NCBI GenBank assembly: GCA_963708075.1
Contig: OY970194.1
Span: forward strand, 288,001-352,000
Direction of reading: 5' to 3'
DNA from: Sedimentisphaerales bacterium
GTDB taxonomy: Bacteria; Planctomycetota; Phycisphaerae; Sedimentisphaerales; Anaerobacaceae
Length of the DNA: 64,000 bases
A program made the translations under genes and the position numbers. Shown piece by piece: positions 29,647 through 41,399 of this stretch; within the stretch, counting starts at the first letter, position 1, and each line of letters begins with the position of its first letter. The notes beneath the pieces were generated by a model, which searched no databases, was not told the origin of the DNA, and saw nothing but the letters and a program-made list of their open reading frames with translations.

Positions 29647-31317
29647 ATGAGATTGCGTATTGCAGCAGCGATGATGGCGGTCGGCGTCATTTGTACGTGC
29701 GGCCGGGTGGGGGCTGCTGCCGGCAGCGAGCTTCCGTTCCATCGGGGGGTGAATCTGACGAATTGGCTGCAGGCCGGCAGCACCCGGCAGATTCAGTTCA
29801 CCAAGTACACGAAGCAGGACCTCATCAACATCAAGAGCCTGGGCTGCGACGTGATCCGGCTGCCCATCAACCTGCATTACATGACGGACGGCGAGCCCAA
29901 CTACACGGTCGATCCGCTGTTCTTCTATTTCCTGGACCAGATCGTCGATTGGTGCGAGGAACTGGAACTGCACCTGATCCTCGACAACCACACGTTCGAT
30001 GTGGCCTCCAGCACCGATTCGAACGTCGATAAGGTCCTGGTGCCGATCTGGACGCAGATGGCGGAGCACTACAAGGACCGTTCGACACGTCTTTACTACG
30101 AGATCCTCAACGAGCCGCACGGAATTGCCGACGCCAGGTGGGGCCAGATTCAGCAGAAGGTGATCGACGCCATTCGGGCTGTCGACCAAACGCATACGAT
30201 CGTTGTCACCGGAGCAGGGTGGGGCAGCTACAACAACCTCAAATACCTGCCTGTGTATACGGACCAGAACCTGCTCTACTCGTTCCACTTCTACGATCCC
30301 TTCCTGTTCACCCATCAGGGGGCCGGTTGGACGGACCCATCCATGGTCCCGCTGGCCGGCGTGCCGTTTCCATACAATTCCCGCTATATGCCCGCATGTC
30401 CGAAGGAGCTGAAGGGGACGTGGGTGCAGAGCGCTCTGAACTCGTACAAAAGCGACGGCACGGTGACCCGTGTGCGGCAACTCATCAAGGTGGCAATCGA
30501 CTTTAGCAACCAGAGGCAGGTGCCCGTGTTCTGCGGCGAGTTCGGCGTGTACATGCAAAACAGCGAGGGCGGTCAGCGGGTCTATTGGTATGAGATCGTC
30601 CGCACGTATCTTGAAGACAATGGCGTCCCGTGGACAAGCTGGGATTACCAAGGCGGCTTTGGCCTGTTCAAGGCCGGAACGAACGAGCTGTTCGAGCACG
30701 ATTTGAACGTCGGTGTGGTCGGGGCCCTGGGTCTGACCGCGCCGGAGCAGACGCCGTTCGTTATGACCCCGGACCTCGCAGGCTTCGATATCTACACCGA
30801 CTACATCGCTCCGATGGTTCGAGACGCCACCTGGATTGGCAAAGGGACCGTGGACTACTACAGTGACGCCCAGCCGGCGGTGGGCGACTACTGCATTTAC
30901 TGCACGGGGATCGATCGCTACAATGCCATCGCGTTCGATTTCAAGCCGGACAAGGACCTCACGCAGCTTGTGCAAAAGGGCTGCACGCTCGATTTCTGGG
31001 TGCGCGGCAACTCACCGGGGGCACGCTTCGACATCCGATTCCTCGACACGAAGACCACCGATCCGAAGGACCATCCCTGGCGCATGCGCACAACCATTGA
31101 CCAGACAAAAGCCGCCTGGGACGGCCAGTGGCACCACGTGCAGATTCCGCTCAAAGACTTCAGAGAGCACGGCTCATGGGATAACAACGCATGGCTCAAC
31201 CCACAGGGTCTTTTCGACTGGGCGGCCGTGGATCGTTTGGAGATCGTGTCCGAGCACCATGCTTTCACCGGCATGGACTTCTGGTTCGATGACATCCGTA
31301 TCGCAGGCGCGCGGTAG
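29647..31317 (+). CDS. Glycoside hydrolase family 5 (cellulase/endoglucanase-like) with a C-terminal carbohydrate-binding module
   Basis: RGVNL, IRLP, ILDNH, EILNEPH (acid/base), HFYDP, FCGEFG (nucleophile), WDY; C-terminal WHHVQIPLKDF..FDDIRI. Confidence 0.9.
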   Translation: MRLRIAAAMMAVGVICTCGRVGAAAGSELPFHRGVNLTNWLQAGSTRQIQFTKYTKQDLINIKSLGCDVIRLPINLHYMTDGEPNYTVDPLFFYFLDQIVDWCEELELHLILDNHTFDVASSTDSNVDKVLVPIWTQMAEHYKDRSTRLYYEILNEPHGIADARWGQIQQKVIDAIRAVDQTHTIVVTGAGWGSYNNLKYLPVYTDQNLLYSFHFYDPFLFTHQGAGWTDPSMVPLAGVPFPYNSRYMPACPKELKGTWVQSALNSYKSDGTVTRVRQLIKVAIDFSNQRQVPVFCGEFGVYMQNSEGGQRVYWYEIVRTYLEDNGVPWTSWDYQGGFGLFKAGTNELFEHDLNVGVVGALGLTAPEQTPFVMTPDLAGFDIYTDYIAPMVRDATWIGKGTVDYYSDAQPAVGDYCIYCTGIDRYNAIAFDFKPDKDLTQLVQKGCTLDFWVRGNSPGARFDIRFLDTKTTDPKDHPWRMRTTIDQTKAAWDGQWHHVQIPLKDFREHGSWDNNAWLNPQGLFDWAAVDRLEIVSEHHAFTGMDFWFDDIRIAGAR

Positions 31318-31326
31318 AAACCCTTC

Positions 31327-32601
31327 CTATCGTGCGGCGGGACGCGGACATTCGTTGACGAATTTGAGGGCCTTGTCCATAAGGATTTCGCCGGTCATCT
31401 CGCCCAGGCTTGTCCGGGTGATGTAGTTGTACCGCTCGAAGCTGTTCCAGTCGACCTTGGCGAGGATGTAGCCGAAGGCATCGTTCGTCAGCCCGAGGAG
31501 CAGGTTGTGTTCGCCATGCATCTTGCGCTTCAGATAGTAGCCGATGTTCGGCAGGGCCTCGCCGGGAATGGTGAGCATCTGAGCGCTTGCCAGATTGATC
31601 ACGTTGACCTGTGTGGCCACGATCCCTCGCTCATCCATCTTGAAGCCGAGCGGCGACAGCTTCACGACCATTCGCATTACTTCGTTCTCGATGGGGAACT
31701 CAATGACCGTGTTCGCGCAGAACAGTGGGGGATTCTCGATGGCAGGGGCGTCGGCGACGATCCGCAAGGCTTCATCCGCCAGGAGATTTCCGATGCGGAT
31801 GCATTCGTCCCAGGTCTGGACGTCCTTGCCGTTCGGCCCACGACAGTCGGCAGTCACCATGCCGCCGAGGGCGCCGTTCATGAAGATCCCGGTACCGGCC
31901 TTTCGCTCCTCGATCCGGTCGTACAGCGGGCCGACGAAATCGGGGCTCATGATCTTCTGATCAGGGCCGATGATCTCGGGATGGCACGCGTAATTGACGA
32001 ACGTGGCGATCGGCTTCGACTCGGCATTGAGGAACTGGATAACGTCGCATCGCGGGTCATACAGCTTCTCTGCGTAGTAGTTATAGGCGATCTTGCCGCG
32101 GGCCTGGCCGGTAGCGATCTTCACGCGGGCGGGCTGCAGTTTGGTTGCCGCCTCGTTAATTGCCTCCGCCAGCTTCGCGCACACGCCGTTGAGATACTCG
32201 ACATCACAGGCGGTCTTGCCGCTGGCATCGGGAAAGCCGTAGCAGTCCGGACCGCTGTGGTTGTGCGTGGCGCCGATGAGGATGTTCCCGGCGGGGATGC
32301 CCTGGACCCGGCTGCGGACCTTGTCGCCCAGCACGCTCGGGAAACCCAGGAAATCCGTGCTGCAGATGGCAACGCGGGTACCGTCGTTTTCAAGCACGAG
32401 CGCGCGGACCGTGAGCTTGCCGATTTTCTTCGTCACAGGCTCCGACGGTCCCATGCCGCCGGAGACAGGCAGGAACTTCTCCGGCGTGACATCACGCACG
32501 GCGATACCCGCCCGAAATGCTCCCCAGACTGGGCTGGTCAGGAGGAAATGAAACAATACGACCGATACGAACACTTTCGCAACACGGCGCCTTGCATACA
32601 T
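31327..32601 (-). CDS. Neutral/alkaline ceramidase N-terminal-domain family protein
   Basis: RAGIAVRDVTP, VRALVL, ATHNHSGPD, NYACHP, NGALG, IPGE. Confidence 0.75.
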   Translation of the reverse strand: MYARRRVAKVFVSVVLFHFLLTSPVWGAFRAGIAVRDVTPEKFLPVSGGMGPSEPVTKKIGKLTVRALVLENDGTRVAICSTDFLGFPSVLGDKVRSRVQGIPAGNILIGATHNHSGPDCYGFPDASGKTACDVEYLNGVCAKLAEAINEAATKLQPARVKIATGQARGKIAYNYYAEKLYDPRCDVIQFLNAESKPIATFVNYACHPEIIGPDQKIMSPDFVGPLYDRIEERKAGTGIFMNGALGGMVTADCRGPNGKDVQTWDECIRIGNLLADEALRIVADAPAIENPPLFCANTVIEFPIENEVMRMVVKLSPLGFKMDERGIVATQVNVINLASAQMLTIPGEALPNIGYYLKRKMHGEHNLLLGLTNDAFGYILAKVDWNSFERYNYITRTSLGEMTGEILMDKALKFVNECPRPAAR

Positions 32602-32641
32602 CTCTTTTCCTCCTTTGCTCTGTGGGTAGGACGAACGAGTC

Positions 32642-34906
32642 TTAGAGCCTCATGAAGTCTCCCAGCGTCTGTACGTGGCTGTTCCTCTGGTTGGAAACCG
32701 GCTTGGCCCCGGGTTTCGCGGCGGGTCTGACAGCAGGTTTGCCGGCAGGTTTAGCGGCCGGTCTTGCCTTTGTCGGGTCCTTCATGGTCAGGCTGATCCG
32801 CTTCTTCACGAGATCGACCTCAAGAACCGTGACCATCACCTTCTGATGGACCTTGACGACCTCGGCCGGGTCCTTCACGAAGCGGTCGGCCAACTGGCTG
32901 ACGTGCACGAGGCCGTCCTGGTGGACGCCGATATCGACGAAGGCCCCGAAGGCGGTCACGTTCGTGACGATCCCGGGCAGCCTCATGCCCGGCTTGATGT
33001 CCTCGATCTTGTTGACGCCCTCGGCGAAGCTGAAGATTTCGAATTGCTGCCGGGGGTCCCGGCCCGGCTTGGCCAACTCCTGCATGATGTCACTCAGAGT
33101 CGGCAGGCCGATGGTGTCGCTAACATAGCTTTCCAGACGTACCTTTCTTCGCAGCGGCTCGTTCTTCATCAGGTCCGCCACGGAGCAGCCCACGTCGCTG
33201 GCCATCTTGTCTACCACATGGTAGCTTTCCGGATGGACGGCGCTGGCATCCAGCGGGTTCTCGGCCTCGCGAATCCGCAGGAAGCCTGCTGCCTGCTCGA
33301 AGGCCTTGGCGCCGAGGCGGGGGACTTCCATCAGGTCCCGCCGGGATTTGAACGGCCCGTTCTCGTTCCTGTATGCGATGATGTTCTGTGCCAACTGTGG
33401 CCCAAGCCCTGAGACATATTGCAGGAGCTGCTTGCTGGCCGTATTCACTTCCACGCCGACATTGTTGACGCAACTGATGACGGTGTCGTCGAGACTGTGC
33501 CGCAGCAGCGGCTGATCGACGTCATGCTGGTACTGGCCGACCCCGATGGATTTTGGATCGATCTTGACCAACTCGGCCAGTGGGTCCATGAGCCTTCGCC
33601 CGATGGACACGGCCCCGCGGACCGTCACATCCTGATCCGGGAACTCCTCGCGAGCGACCTCCGACGCCGAGTAGATCGATGCGCCGCTCTCGTTGACCAT
33701 CACGATCGGGATATTCCGGGAGAACTTGAGGCCCTTGACAAAGGCCTCGGTTTCCCGGCCGGCCGTGCCGTTGCCGATCGCGATGATCTCGATATCGAAC
33801 TTCTCGCATAACTCGACCGTCTTAGCCGCATCGGCCGTGGCCAATCGCTCGCTCTGATGCGGGAAGACGACGTCGTGATGTTTCAACTGGCCCTGGCGGT
33901 CGAGGCACACGACTTTGCAGCCTGTCCGAAAACCGGGGTCTACCGCCAATATGTTCTTCTGGCCCAGCGGCGGGGCGAGCAGAAGCTGCCGCAGGTTCTC
34001 CGCGAACACCCGGATCGCTTCCTCATCCGCCCGCAGCTTCGTCGCCGCAAGGATTTCTGTCTCCATGGATGGGGACAGGAGCCTCTTGTAGCTGTCGGTC
34101 ACGGCCTCCTGGACCAGCGTTGAACAGGCCGAGCGGCCTTTTACGAACAATCCTTCGAGAATCATCACCGCCTTCTCATCGGGCGCCACCACCTGCAGCC
34201 GCAGGAAGCCTTCCTCGCGGCCTCGCCTCATCGCGAGAATCCTGTGCGAGGGCGCCTTGGCGACCGGCTCCTCCCACTTGAAATAGTCCTCGTACTTGAT
34301 CCCCTCGGTCTCCTTGCCGGGCACGACCTGCGAGCTCAGCTTGCCCTCTGTCTGGAACATCTCGCGCATTTGGGCTCGTGCCCGCTGATCCTCGTTGACC
34401 GATTCGGCGATGATGTCTTTCGCGCCGGCCAGGGCCTCCTCGACCGACGCCACACCCTTTTCCTCGCTGACGAAGGCCGCGGCCTGGGCCATCGGGTCCG
34501 CCGTCGGGTCCTGGGCGAAGATCAGGTCCGCCAAAGGCTGGAGCCCTTTCTCCCGGGCGATGATCGCGCGTGTCCGCCGCTTCGGCCGGAAGGGCAGGTA
34601 GATATCTTCGAGCACCGCCATGGTCTCGGCCAGCAGAACCTTCGCCTTGAGCTCGTCCGTGAGCAGGCCTCGCTCTTCGAGGGACTTGATAATGGCGTCC
34701 CGGCGGTCGTCGAGTTCTTTGAGCTGAGTGAGCCGATCGCGTATAGCGGTGACGGCCATTTCGTCCAGGGTGCCGGTAACCTCTTTGCGATAGCGGGCGA
34801 TGAACGGGACTGTCGCGCCGCCTTCGAGCAGCTCGGCAGTCGCCTGGACCTGTGCGGGCCGCACGGATAGCTCCGACGCGATCTTGATCACGTGTATTTG
34901 ATTCAA
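32642..34906 (-). CDS. tex: Tex/YhgF RNA-binding transcriptional accessory protein
   Basis: GATVPFIARYRKE, DPGFRTGCK, NESGASIYSAS, IGVGQYQHDV, C-terminal S1 domain (FGAFVDIGVHQDGLVHVS). Confidence 0.95.
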   Translation of the reverse strand: MNQIHVIKIASELSVRPAQVQATAELLEGGATVPFIARYRKEVTGTLDEMAVTAIRDRLTQLKELDDRRDAIIKSLEERGLLTDELKAKVLLAETMAVLEDIYLPFRPKRRTRAIIAREKGLQPLADLIFAQDPTADPMAQAAAFVSEEKGVASVEEALAGAKDIIAESVNEDQRARAQMREMFQTEGKLSSQVVPGKETEGIKYEDYFKWEEPVAKAPSHRILAMRRGREEGFLRLQVVAPDEKAVMILEGLFVKGRSACSTLVQEAVTDSYKRLLSPSMETEILAATKLRADEEAIRVFAENLRQLLLAPPLGQKNILAVDPGFRTGCKVVCLDRQGQLKHHDVVFPHQSERLATADAAKTVELCEKFDIEIIAIGNGTAGRETEAFVKGLKFSRNIPIVMVNESGASIYSASEVAREEFPDQDVTVRGAVSIGRRLMDPLAELVKIDPKSIGVGQYQHDVDQPLLRHSLDDTVISCVNNVGVEVNTASKQLLQYVSGLGPQLAQNIIAYRNENGPFKSRRDLMEVPRLGAKAFEQAAGFLRIREAENPLDASAVHPESYHVVDKMASDVGCSVADLMKNEPLRRKVRLESYVSDTIGLPTLSDIMQELAKPGRDPRQQFEIFSFAEGVNKIEDIKPGMRLPGIVTNVTAFGAFVDIGVHQDGLVHVSQLADRFVKDPAEVVKVHQKVMVTVLEVDLVKKRISLTMKDPTKARPAAKPAGKPAVRPAAKPGAKPVSNQRNSHVQTLGDFMRL

Positions 34907-35006
34907 GGGTCCTTCCTTTCCTGACGTTTTCTTTCACACGGCGGATCTCAGACTGCGGCGCACTACGACTTCATCCGCAGCCATTGACCCCCAATCGGCA
35001 GCCCGG

Positions 35007-35035
35007 ATGATAACGGTATTGGCGGCAGTTTTCAA
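35007..35035 (-). promoter_or_regulatory. Sigma70-like promoter for tex
   Basis: Minus strand TTGAAA-17 nt-TATCAT. Confidence 0.5.
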
Positions 35036-35086
35036 GGCGTGGAATGTCGCGGCTGAAATATTGCGCGACGGATGCCGGCGGCCGCT

Positions 35087-35848
35087 TCATCGTCGGTACT
35101 GATTCGGCGTCATCCCCATCGCATTTCGGAAATGCCGGATGAAATGACTGTGGTCGTAGAACCCGTTCCGCAGCGCGACTTGCGTGATGGAGTGATCCGT
35201 GTGCAGCAGATCGTAACAGGATCGATGCACCCGGTATCCGGTGAGGAACCTCATCGGGGAAATCTGAAAGACCTGTTTGAATTTCCGCTCGAATTGATTG
35301 ACGGACAGGTACATCAGGGAGGCCAGCTCCTCGACCTGGATCGGGCTGCTGTAGTGCTGATTGATATGCTCGATGACGGCGGCAAACTGCTGATGAGGGC
35401 GCCAGCGTTCCCCGGATTTCCGGAAATCCCGCGTCACGCCGGCGATCCCAACCGCCGAGTCGTTCCGGGAAACCAGCGGCACCTTGCTGGTGATGTGCCA
35501 ATCGATGTTGCCGTCGCTATTGGAGACCAGCTCCACGCGGTCGATCAGGGGCTCGCGCGTCCGCATGACACGCCGGTCGTCTCGGAGGAAGATCTCCACC
35601 AGCCGGGCGGGAAAGAAAGCGAAATCGTCCTTGCCGATGAGGTCATCCTCCTTGTCCAGGCCCAGCTTTTCCAGAAATGCGCGGTTGCCCATGATGAATC
35701 GGCCTCTTCGATCCTTGGCGAAGAAGCAGACGTCCGGCAGGGAGTCAAACAGTCGAAACAGGTCGGAATTGGCTTTCAACCGCTGCAGCAACCGAATCTT
35801 GAAATCGCAGTCGCACATACTCATCGGCTCCTCGGGCCATTCACTCAC
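35087..35848 (-). CDS. AraC family transcriptional regulator with an N-terminal PAS domain
   Basis: FFAKDRRGRFI..IGKDDFAFFP..DDRRV..TSKVPL; C-terminal GFYDHSHFIRHFRNAMGMTPNQYR. Confidence 0.9.
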   Translation of the reverse strand: MSEWPEEPMSMCDCDFKIRLLQRLKANSDLFRLFDSLPDVCFFAKDRRGRFIMGNRAFLEKLGLDKEDDLIGKDDFAFFPARLVEIFLRDDRRVMRTREPLIDRVELVSNSDGNIDWHITSKVPLVSRNDSAVGIAGVTRDFRKSGERWRPHQQFAAVIEHINQHYSSPIQVEELASLMYLSVNQFERKFKQVFQISPMRFLTGYRVHRSCYDLLHTDHSITQVALRNGFYDHSHFIRHFRNAMGMTPNQYRR

Positions 35849-36020
35849 AGGGTCATGAGGGCTATGGTGAAATTATACACAAAGAAGGTGGATTTGTGCA
35901 ATGATATCCTGCCGATCTTAAGTACTGTGTAAACTGGAATAATGGAGAGTGGCATCGGGCACGGCGGCCGTCTGTCTGCCGTGCGACGGCATCAATGAGC
36001 CGGGTCGAAGAGGTGCAGCC

Positions 36021-36827
36021 ATGAACAAGGAAAAGGGATTCACCTTGATCGAGTTGCTGGTTGTCATCGCCATTATTGCCCTTCTGATGGCGATTCTGAT
36101 CCCTGCGTTGCATCGAGCCCGAGAGCAGGGGCAGCGAGCCGCATGTCTGAGCAATCTCAAGCAACTGTCGCTGGCGTGGATCATGTACGCCGATGAGAAC
36201 GACAACAAGATTGTCGCCGGGTCCACCGGCAAGGCCGGCGAGAACAATGTCCCGGCAAAGGAGGACGGCTGGGTTCATTGGGCCGGTTACTCGGATACCA
36301 CCTCTGAAGAGGCACAGGTCCGAGCCATCAAGGAGGGGGCCTTGTTTCCGTACTGCCGAACGGCCAAGCTCTACCAGTGTCCCAGCGGGCTCCGTGGCGA
36401 GATGCGAACCTATGCCATCGTCGATGCCATGAACGGCTGGCCCACCAAGGTAGAGCTCATCATCAAAAACAGGATGCGGATCCCCAGGCCCGGCGAGAGA
36501 CTCGTCTTCGTGGATGAGGGCTGGGCCACGCTGGCAAGCTGGAGCGTTCCGTATGGTCGCGAGTCGTGGTGGGGTTCCATAGTCACCCAGGCCGGCATCC
36601 TGGCGGCGGACAATCGTCACAAGGATCCACCCCCCGTTCGCCATGGCGGCGGGACCTCGTTCTCCTTTGCCGACGGACACAGCGAGTACTGGAAATGGGT
36701 AGACCAGCGGACGATCGACTATGGCACGCTGACGCCCGGCGCGGACCCCGTCCAACCGGGCAACCGGGACCTGCACCGGGTCCAGCAGGCCTACTGGGGC
36801 GAATTGGGGTATGAGCCGGTGTTGTGA
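36021..36827 (+). CDS. Prepilin-type N-terminal cleavage/methylation protein with an H-X9-DG motif (DUF1559-like)
   Basis: [47 protein letters not shown]. Confidence 0.9.
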   Translation: MNKEKGFTLIELLVVIAIIALLMAILIPALHRAREQGQRAACLSNLKQLSLAWIMYADENDNKIVAGSTGKAGENNVPAKEDGWVHWAGYSDTTSEEAQVRAIKEGALFPYCRTAKLYQCPSGLRGEMRTYAIVDAMNGWPTKVELIIKNRMRIPRPGERLVFVDEGWATLASWSVPYGRESWWGSIVTQAGILAADNRHKDPPPVRHGGGTSFSFADGHSEYWKWVDQRTIDYGTLTPGADPVQPGNRDLHRVQQAYWGELGYEPVL

Positions 36828-36959
36828 GGACTGGACTCCGTGGCGCCCGGGCAGGAAGGTGTGGATGATAGCGTCCTTGTCATGGGCACAAGATGACAAG
36901 GATTCCGTTGCATCAAGCGTTGAAGGCTGTAATCCGTGTTCTTTTGAGGAGGAACGACA

Positions 36960-39904
36960 ATGAGAACGAGCCTCGTACTACTTGCGTCTATTCTGGTGCT
37001 GGGTCTGGCTGCCGGTGTGGCGAATGCCGGTATCAAGAGCGGCCTGGTGGGATACTACCCTCTTGATGAAGGGACGGGGACCATCGCTCACGATATGTCG
37101 CGAAGCGGACACGACGGGACCCTCCATAATAACGTGACATGGATTTCGCAGGGATACCAGGGCAGTGGAGTCAACTTTGACGGCACGACAGACACCAGGA
37201 TTGAACTTGGAACCTGGAATCCGGCTGCGGGAACGGGGCAGCTTTCTCTGGCACTATGGGTCAGGTGGGCCGGCGGAGGCGGCCTCTATCAAGGCCTGAT
37301 CGGCAAGAGAAATACATGGCCCGACACGACGATGTTTCAGTTCCAGATCAGACCGGAAAATGGTGGTACTTTTCGCCTTGAAACAGGAAGCGCTGCGATA
37401 GTCTCACCCAATAACGCTCTGACTCCGTTCGTCCAGACCTGGGCGCACGTAGCCGCCACCTTCGACGGAACCACATGCCGGCTCTATCTCAATGGTAAAG
37501 AGGTAGCGTCCGGCGCTTTCTCCTTCAACGCTGCAGGCACAGCATCCAATATGGGCATAGGCTGTGTTACGGGTGGTGGTGCAGGTTTCAGCGGGAACAC
37601 CGAGGTCCTCTCAGGCAGTATGGACGAAGTCTGCATCTACAACCGGGCGCTGTCCGCGGAGGAGGTTTCTCTTGTCATGGCCGGCATCGGTGGAGACGGG
37701 GCCTCCAATCCCCGCCCGAAGGATGGGGCCACCGACGTACCACAGGACGTGGTTCCAGGTTGGGACCCGCTGGCGACAGCCACGACGCGCGACGTGTACC
37801 TCGGGACGGCCTACGACGATGTCAATGATGCCAGTCGGGCTAAGCCGGGGGACGTCCTCGTCAGCCAGGGCCAAACGGCCACGACCTTCGCTCCGGCCGG
37901 TTCTCGAATACGGCCGGACCTATTACTGGCGGGTCGACGAGATCAATGCCCCGCCCGACGGTACGGTCTTCAAAGGCGACGTTTGGAGTTTCACGGCCGA
38001 GCCGTATGCCTATCCGATCACGAGCCTGACGGTCAAGGCGTCCAGTCAGCAGGTCGCCTGGCCCGCGGCGAGGACCATCGATGGCTCCGGACTCATCGGG
38101 GGTGACGAGCACTCCAACGACATGAATCACATGTGGATGAGTCTCGGCGTGCCGGCCTGGATTCAATACACCTTTGACAAAGAGTACAGGCTGAACGAGC
38201 TGTGGGTGTGGAACGCCAACTCCCAACTCGAGACGTACATGGGTTTTGGAGCCAAGAGCGTCAAGATCGAGTACTCGCTGGACGGCAACGCCTGGACCGA
38301 GCTTGGGGGCGTTCCTGAGTTCGCCCAGGCCCTGGGCATATCTGCCTGCACCGCCGGCGCCATCATCGACTTCGGGGGAGTCACCGCGAAGTACGTCAAG
38401 CTGACCATCAACGCCACCTGGGGCAGCCTCATGTCGGCCAGCCTGAGCGAGGTGCGGTTCTTCTCCGCGCCAGTGCAGGCCCGTGAGCCCCAGCCGGCCG
38501 ACGGTGCGACGAGCGTCAGCGTGGCAACCGACCTGATCTGGCGGCCTGGCCGCGATGTCCAGTCGCATGAACTGTACTTCGGCACCGATGCCGATGCTGT
38601 GGCCGCGGGAACCGTCCCGGCCGCCACGCAGACCCAGCGAAGCTACACGCCCGCATCCCTGGAGTTTGGGACTACCTACTACTGGAAGGTGGATGAAGTG
38701 GGCCAAACCGAGACCTACGAGGGCAATCTCTGGAGCTTCACGACCCAGGAGTACGCGATCATCGAGGACTTCGAGAGCTACACGAACGATTCACCCAACC
38801 GGGTCTTCCAGACGTGGATTGACGGCTTCGGCTTCTCGCAGGACGAGTTCTTCCCCCAGGGCGGCCCAGGGAACGGCTCGGGAGCCATGATCGGATACGA
38901 CCCTGGCATAGGCGACATCATGGAACGCACGATTGTCCACGGCGGCACGCAGTCGATGCCGTTGCAGTACGACAACACGGCGTCGCCGTTCTACTCCGAG
39001 ACCGAGCGCACGTTTGCGACCCCTCAGAATTGGCTGGACAAGGGGGCCAACACCCTGGCCTTGCACGTCCGAGGCAACGCGGGGAACTTCAAAGAGAACC
39101 TCCGGCGGTCAGATGATCATGAGCGCCATCGGCGTTGACATCTGGGACACCGCTGACCAGTTCCGCTATGCCTACAAAAACCTTAGCGGAAACGGCTCGA
39201 TGGTGGTCCGCGTCGACAGCATGATTCGCAGCGACGGCTGGGCCAAGGCGGGCGTAATGATCCGCGAGAGCGTCCATCCGGGCTCGAAACACGCATTCGT
39301 CTGTATGACGCCCGACTATGGTCCTTCGTTCCAGCAGCGTCGGGAGACCGGCAACGTGATGGACCAGGTGTCTGTGGTCGGGAGCGTAGCCCCGCACTGG
39401 GTGAAGTTGACCCGGACGGGGAACGCCTTCACCGCTCAGCATTCTGCCGACGGTGTCACGTGGGCCGATATCACATTCACGGCACCCGTGAACATCACGA
39501 TGGCCAACGACGTCCTCATTGGTCTGGCTGTGACCAGCCACAATGCCTCCATTGTGACCGCCGCCGAGTTCTCCAACCTCTCGACGACCGGCAACGTGAC
39601 GGGCGCATGGCAGACCGCCGAGATTGGCGCAACTCAGCCTGCAGGCAACTCGACTGAGCCGATGTACGTGAGGATCGAGGACAGTGCCGGCGCAAAGGTG
39701 GCGGTCGTGAATGCCGATGAGGTCATCACGCTGCGTCCCGCATGGCAGGAGTGGAAGATCCCGTACAGTGATCTGGCCGGGGTGAATCTGAGCCGGGTCA
39801 AGAAGATATATATCGGCATCGGCAATCGCAGCACGCCAACCGCCGGTGGCACCGGGACTGTCTACATCGATGATATCGCCCTGGGCCGACCGCGTACGCC
39901 GTAG
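36960..39904 (+). CDS. Secreted LamG plus discoidin (F5/8C)-like multidomain protein, about 980 aa with two +1 frameshifts (~37902, ~39097)
   Basis: LVGYYPLDEG..WAHVAATFDG..MDEVCIYNRALS; repeated P.PADGAT.V..VYFGT..TYYWRVDE; the three ORFs join as TFAPAGLEYGRTYYW and FKETSGGQMIMS. Confidence 0.85.
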
Positions 39905-39918
39905 TTGTTGGATCGCTC

Positions 39919-39992
39919 GTAGGGTGGGTCCTTGACCCACGCGGTTACTCAAGCGGAACGTGCTTGACGCGTGGGTTGAGAACCCACCCTAC
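39919..39992. repeat. GTAG-type REP doublet (long hairpin) after the LamG gene
   Basis: GTAGGGTGGGTCCTTGACCCACGC ... GCGTGGGTTGAGAACCCACCCTAC. Confidence 0.8.
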
Positions 39993-40125
39993 ATATTGAT
40001 GGTGCGCAGATTGACGGGGGCGATAGTGTCTTTATCTTGAAGGGGGTCCAGGCTACAATACCGCAGTTGATTCCCCGGTGGGGATAATCATGTTAAGTAT
40101 GACGGAGTTGATTATGGTCGATCGA

Positions 40126-41394
40126 ATGAGAGCGACACGAAGGGAGTTTCTGAAAGCGGCGGCATCCACGGTGGCGTTGCCGTATGTGATCACGAGTTCC
40201 GCCCTGGGGGCCGCAGGTCGAGCCCCGGCCAGTGAGCGGCTGGTCATGGGCGCCATCGGCGTCGGGGGGCAGTGCATGCGGCACGTCGCCGGCGGCATCT
40301 GGGTCCAGGGCGGTGGGTACCTGAGCAAGCCCGGCGTCCAGGTCGTCGCCATCGCCGATGTCAACAGGAACAACCTGAACAACGCGAAGAACATCATCGA
40401 CAAGTACTACGGCAACAAGGACTGCGCCGCGTACAAGGACTTCCACCAGTTGCTGGCGAGGAGCGACATCGACATCATCATGTGCGGGACGGGCGACCGG
40501 TGGCACACGCCGGTGTCTATCGCGGCGGCCAAGGCCGGCAAGGACATCTACTGCGAGAAGCCCATCTCATTGACGGTGTATGAGGCAAGAACTCTCGCCC
40601 GCGAGATCAAGCGATACGGCCGGATCTTCCAGACGGGGACGCAGCAGCGGAGCTGGTATGAGTTTCGCTTCGCCTGCGAGCTCGTTCGCAACGGGTACAT
40701 CGGCGACGTGAAGCGGATCAAGGTCAACGTGGGCGGCCCGCCGGAAGAGTGCAACCTGCCGGCAGGGGGGCCGCCGCCCGACTGGCTCGACTATGATGCG
40801 TGGCTGGGTCAGGCCCCGTGGCGGCCGTTCCATCCGGAGGTACTCGGCTGGATGCGTTGGAAGGATTACTCCGGCGGCGAGATGACCAACTGGGGCACGC
40901 ACATGTTCGACATCGCCCAGTGGGGGATGGGCATGGACGAGTCCGGCCCGGTCGAGATCATTCCTCCGGACGGCAAGGACTTCAAGGTGCTCACATACCG
41001 CTACGCCACCGGCACGGTCATGACCCACGAGGCGATCAGCCAGCCAACGCCGGGCGTGCGCTTTGAGGGCACCAAGGGCATGGTCGAGGTCACCCGCGAG
41101 GCGCTGATCACCGAGCCCGACTCCCTTCGCCGCCAGAAGATCGGCCCGACCGAAATCCATCTCTATGAGAGCAAGGAGCATCCCGACAACTTCCTCGAGT
41201 GCGTCCGGACGCGTAAACGCCCGGCCTGCGACGCCGATGTCGGCTACCGCTCGATCACCGTCTGTCACCTCGGCAACATCGCCTATTGGCTGAAGCGCCC
41301 GCTGCGGTGGGACCCGGCCAAAGAGCAATTCGCCAATGACCCCGAGGCCGACCGGATGCTCTGGCGCGAGATGCGAGCCCCGTGGCAGATATAG
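40126..41394 (+). CDS. Tat-exported Gfo/Idh/MocA family oxidoreductase
   Basis: TRREFLK twin-arginine signal; IGVGGQ; DIYCEKP; QTGTQQRS; NWGTHMFD. Confidence 0.92.
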   Translation: MRATRREFLKAAASTVALPYVITSSALGAAGRAPASERLVMGAIGVGGQCMRHVAGGIWVQGGGYLSKPGVQVVAIADVNRNNLNNAKNIIDKYYGNKDCAAYKDFHQLLARSDIDIIMCGTGDRWHTPVSIAAAKAGKDIYCEKPISLTVYEARTLAREIKRYGRIFQTGTQQRSWYEFRFACELVRNGYIGDVKRIKVNVGGPPEECNLPAGGPPPDWLDYDAWLGQAPWRPFHPEVLGWMRWKDYSGGEMTNWGTHMFDIAQWGMGMDESGPVEIIPPDGKDFKVLTYRYATGTVMTHEAISQPTPGVRFEGTKGMVEVTREALITEPDSLRRQKIGPTEIHLYESKEHPDNFLECVRTRKRPACDADVGYRSITVCHLGNIAYWLKRPLRWDPAKEQFANDPEADRMLWREMRAPWQI

Positions 41395-41399
41395 GTCGC

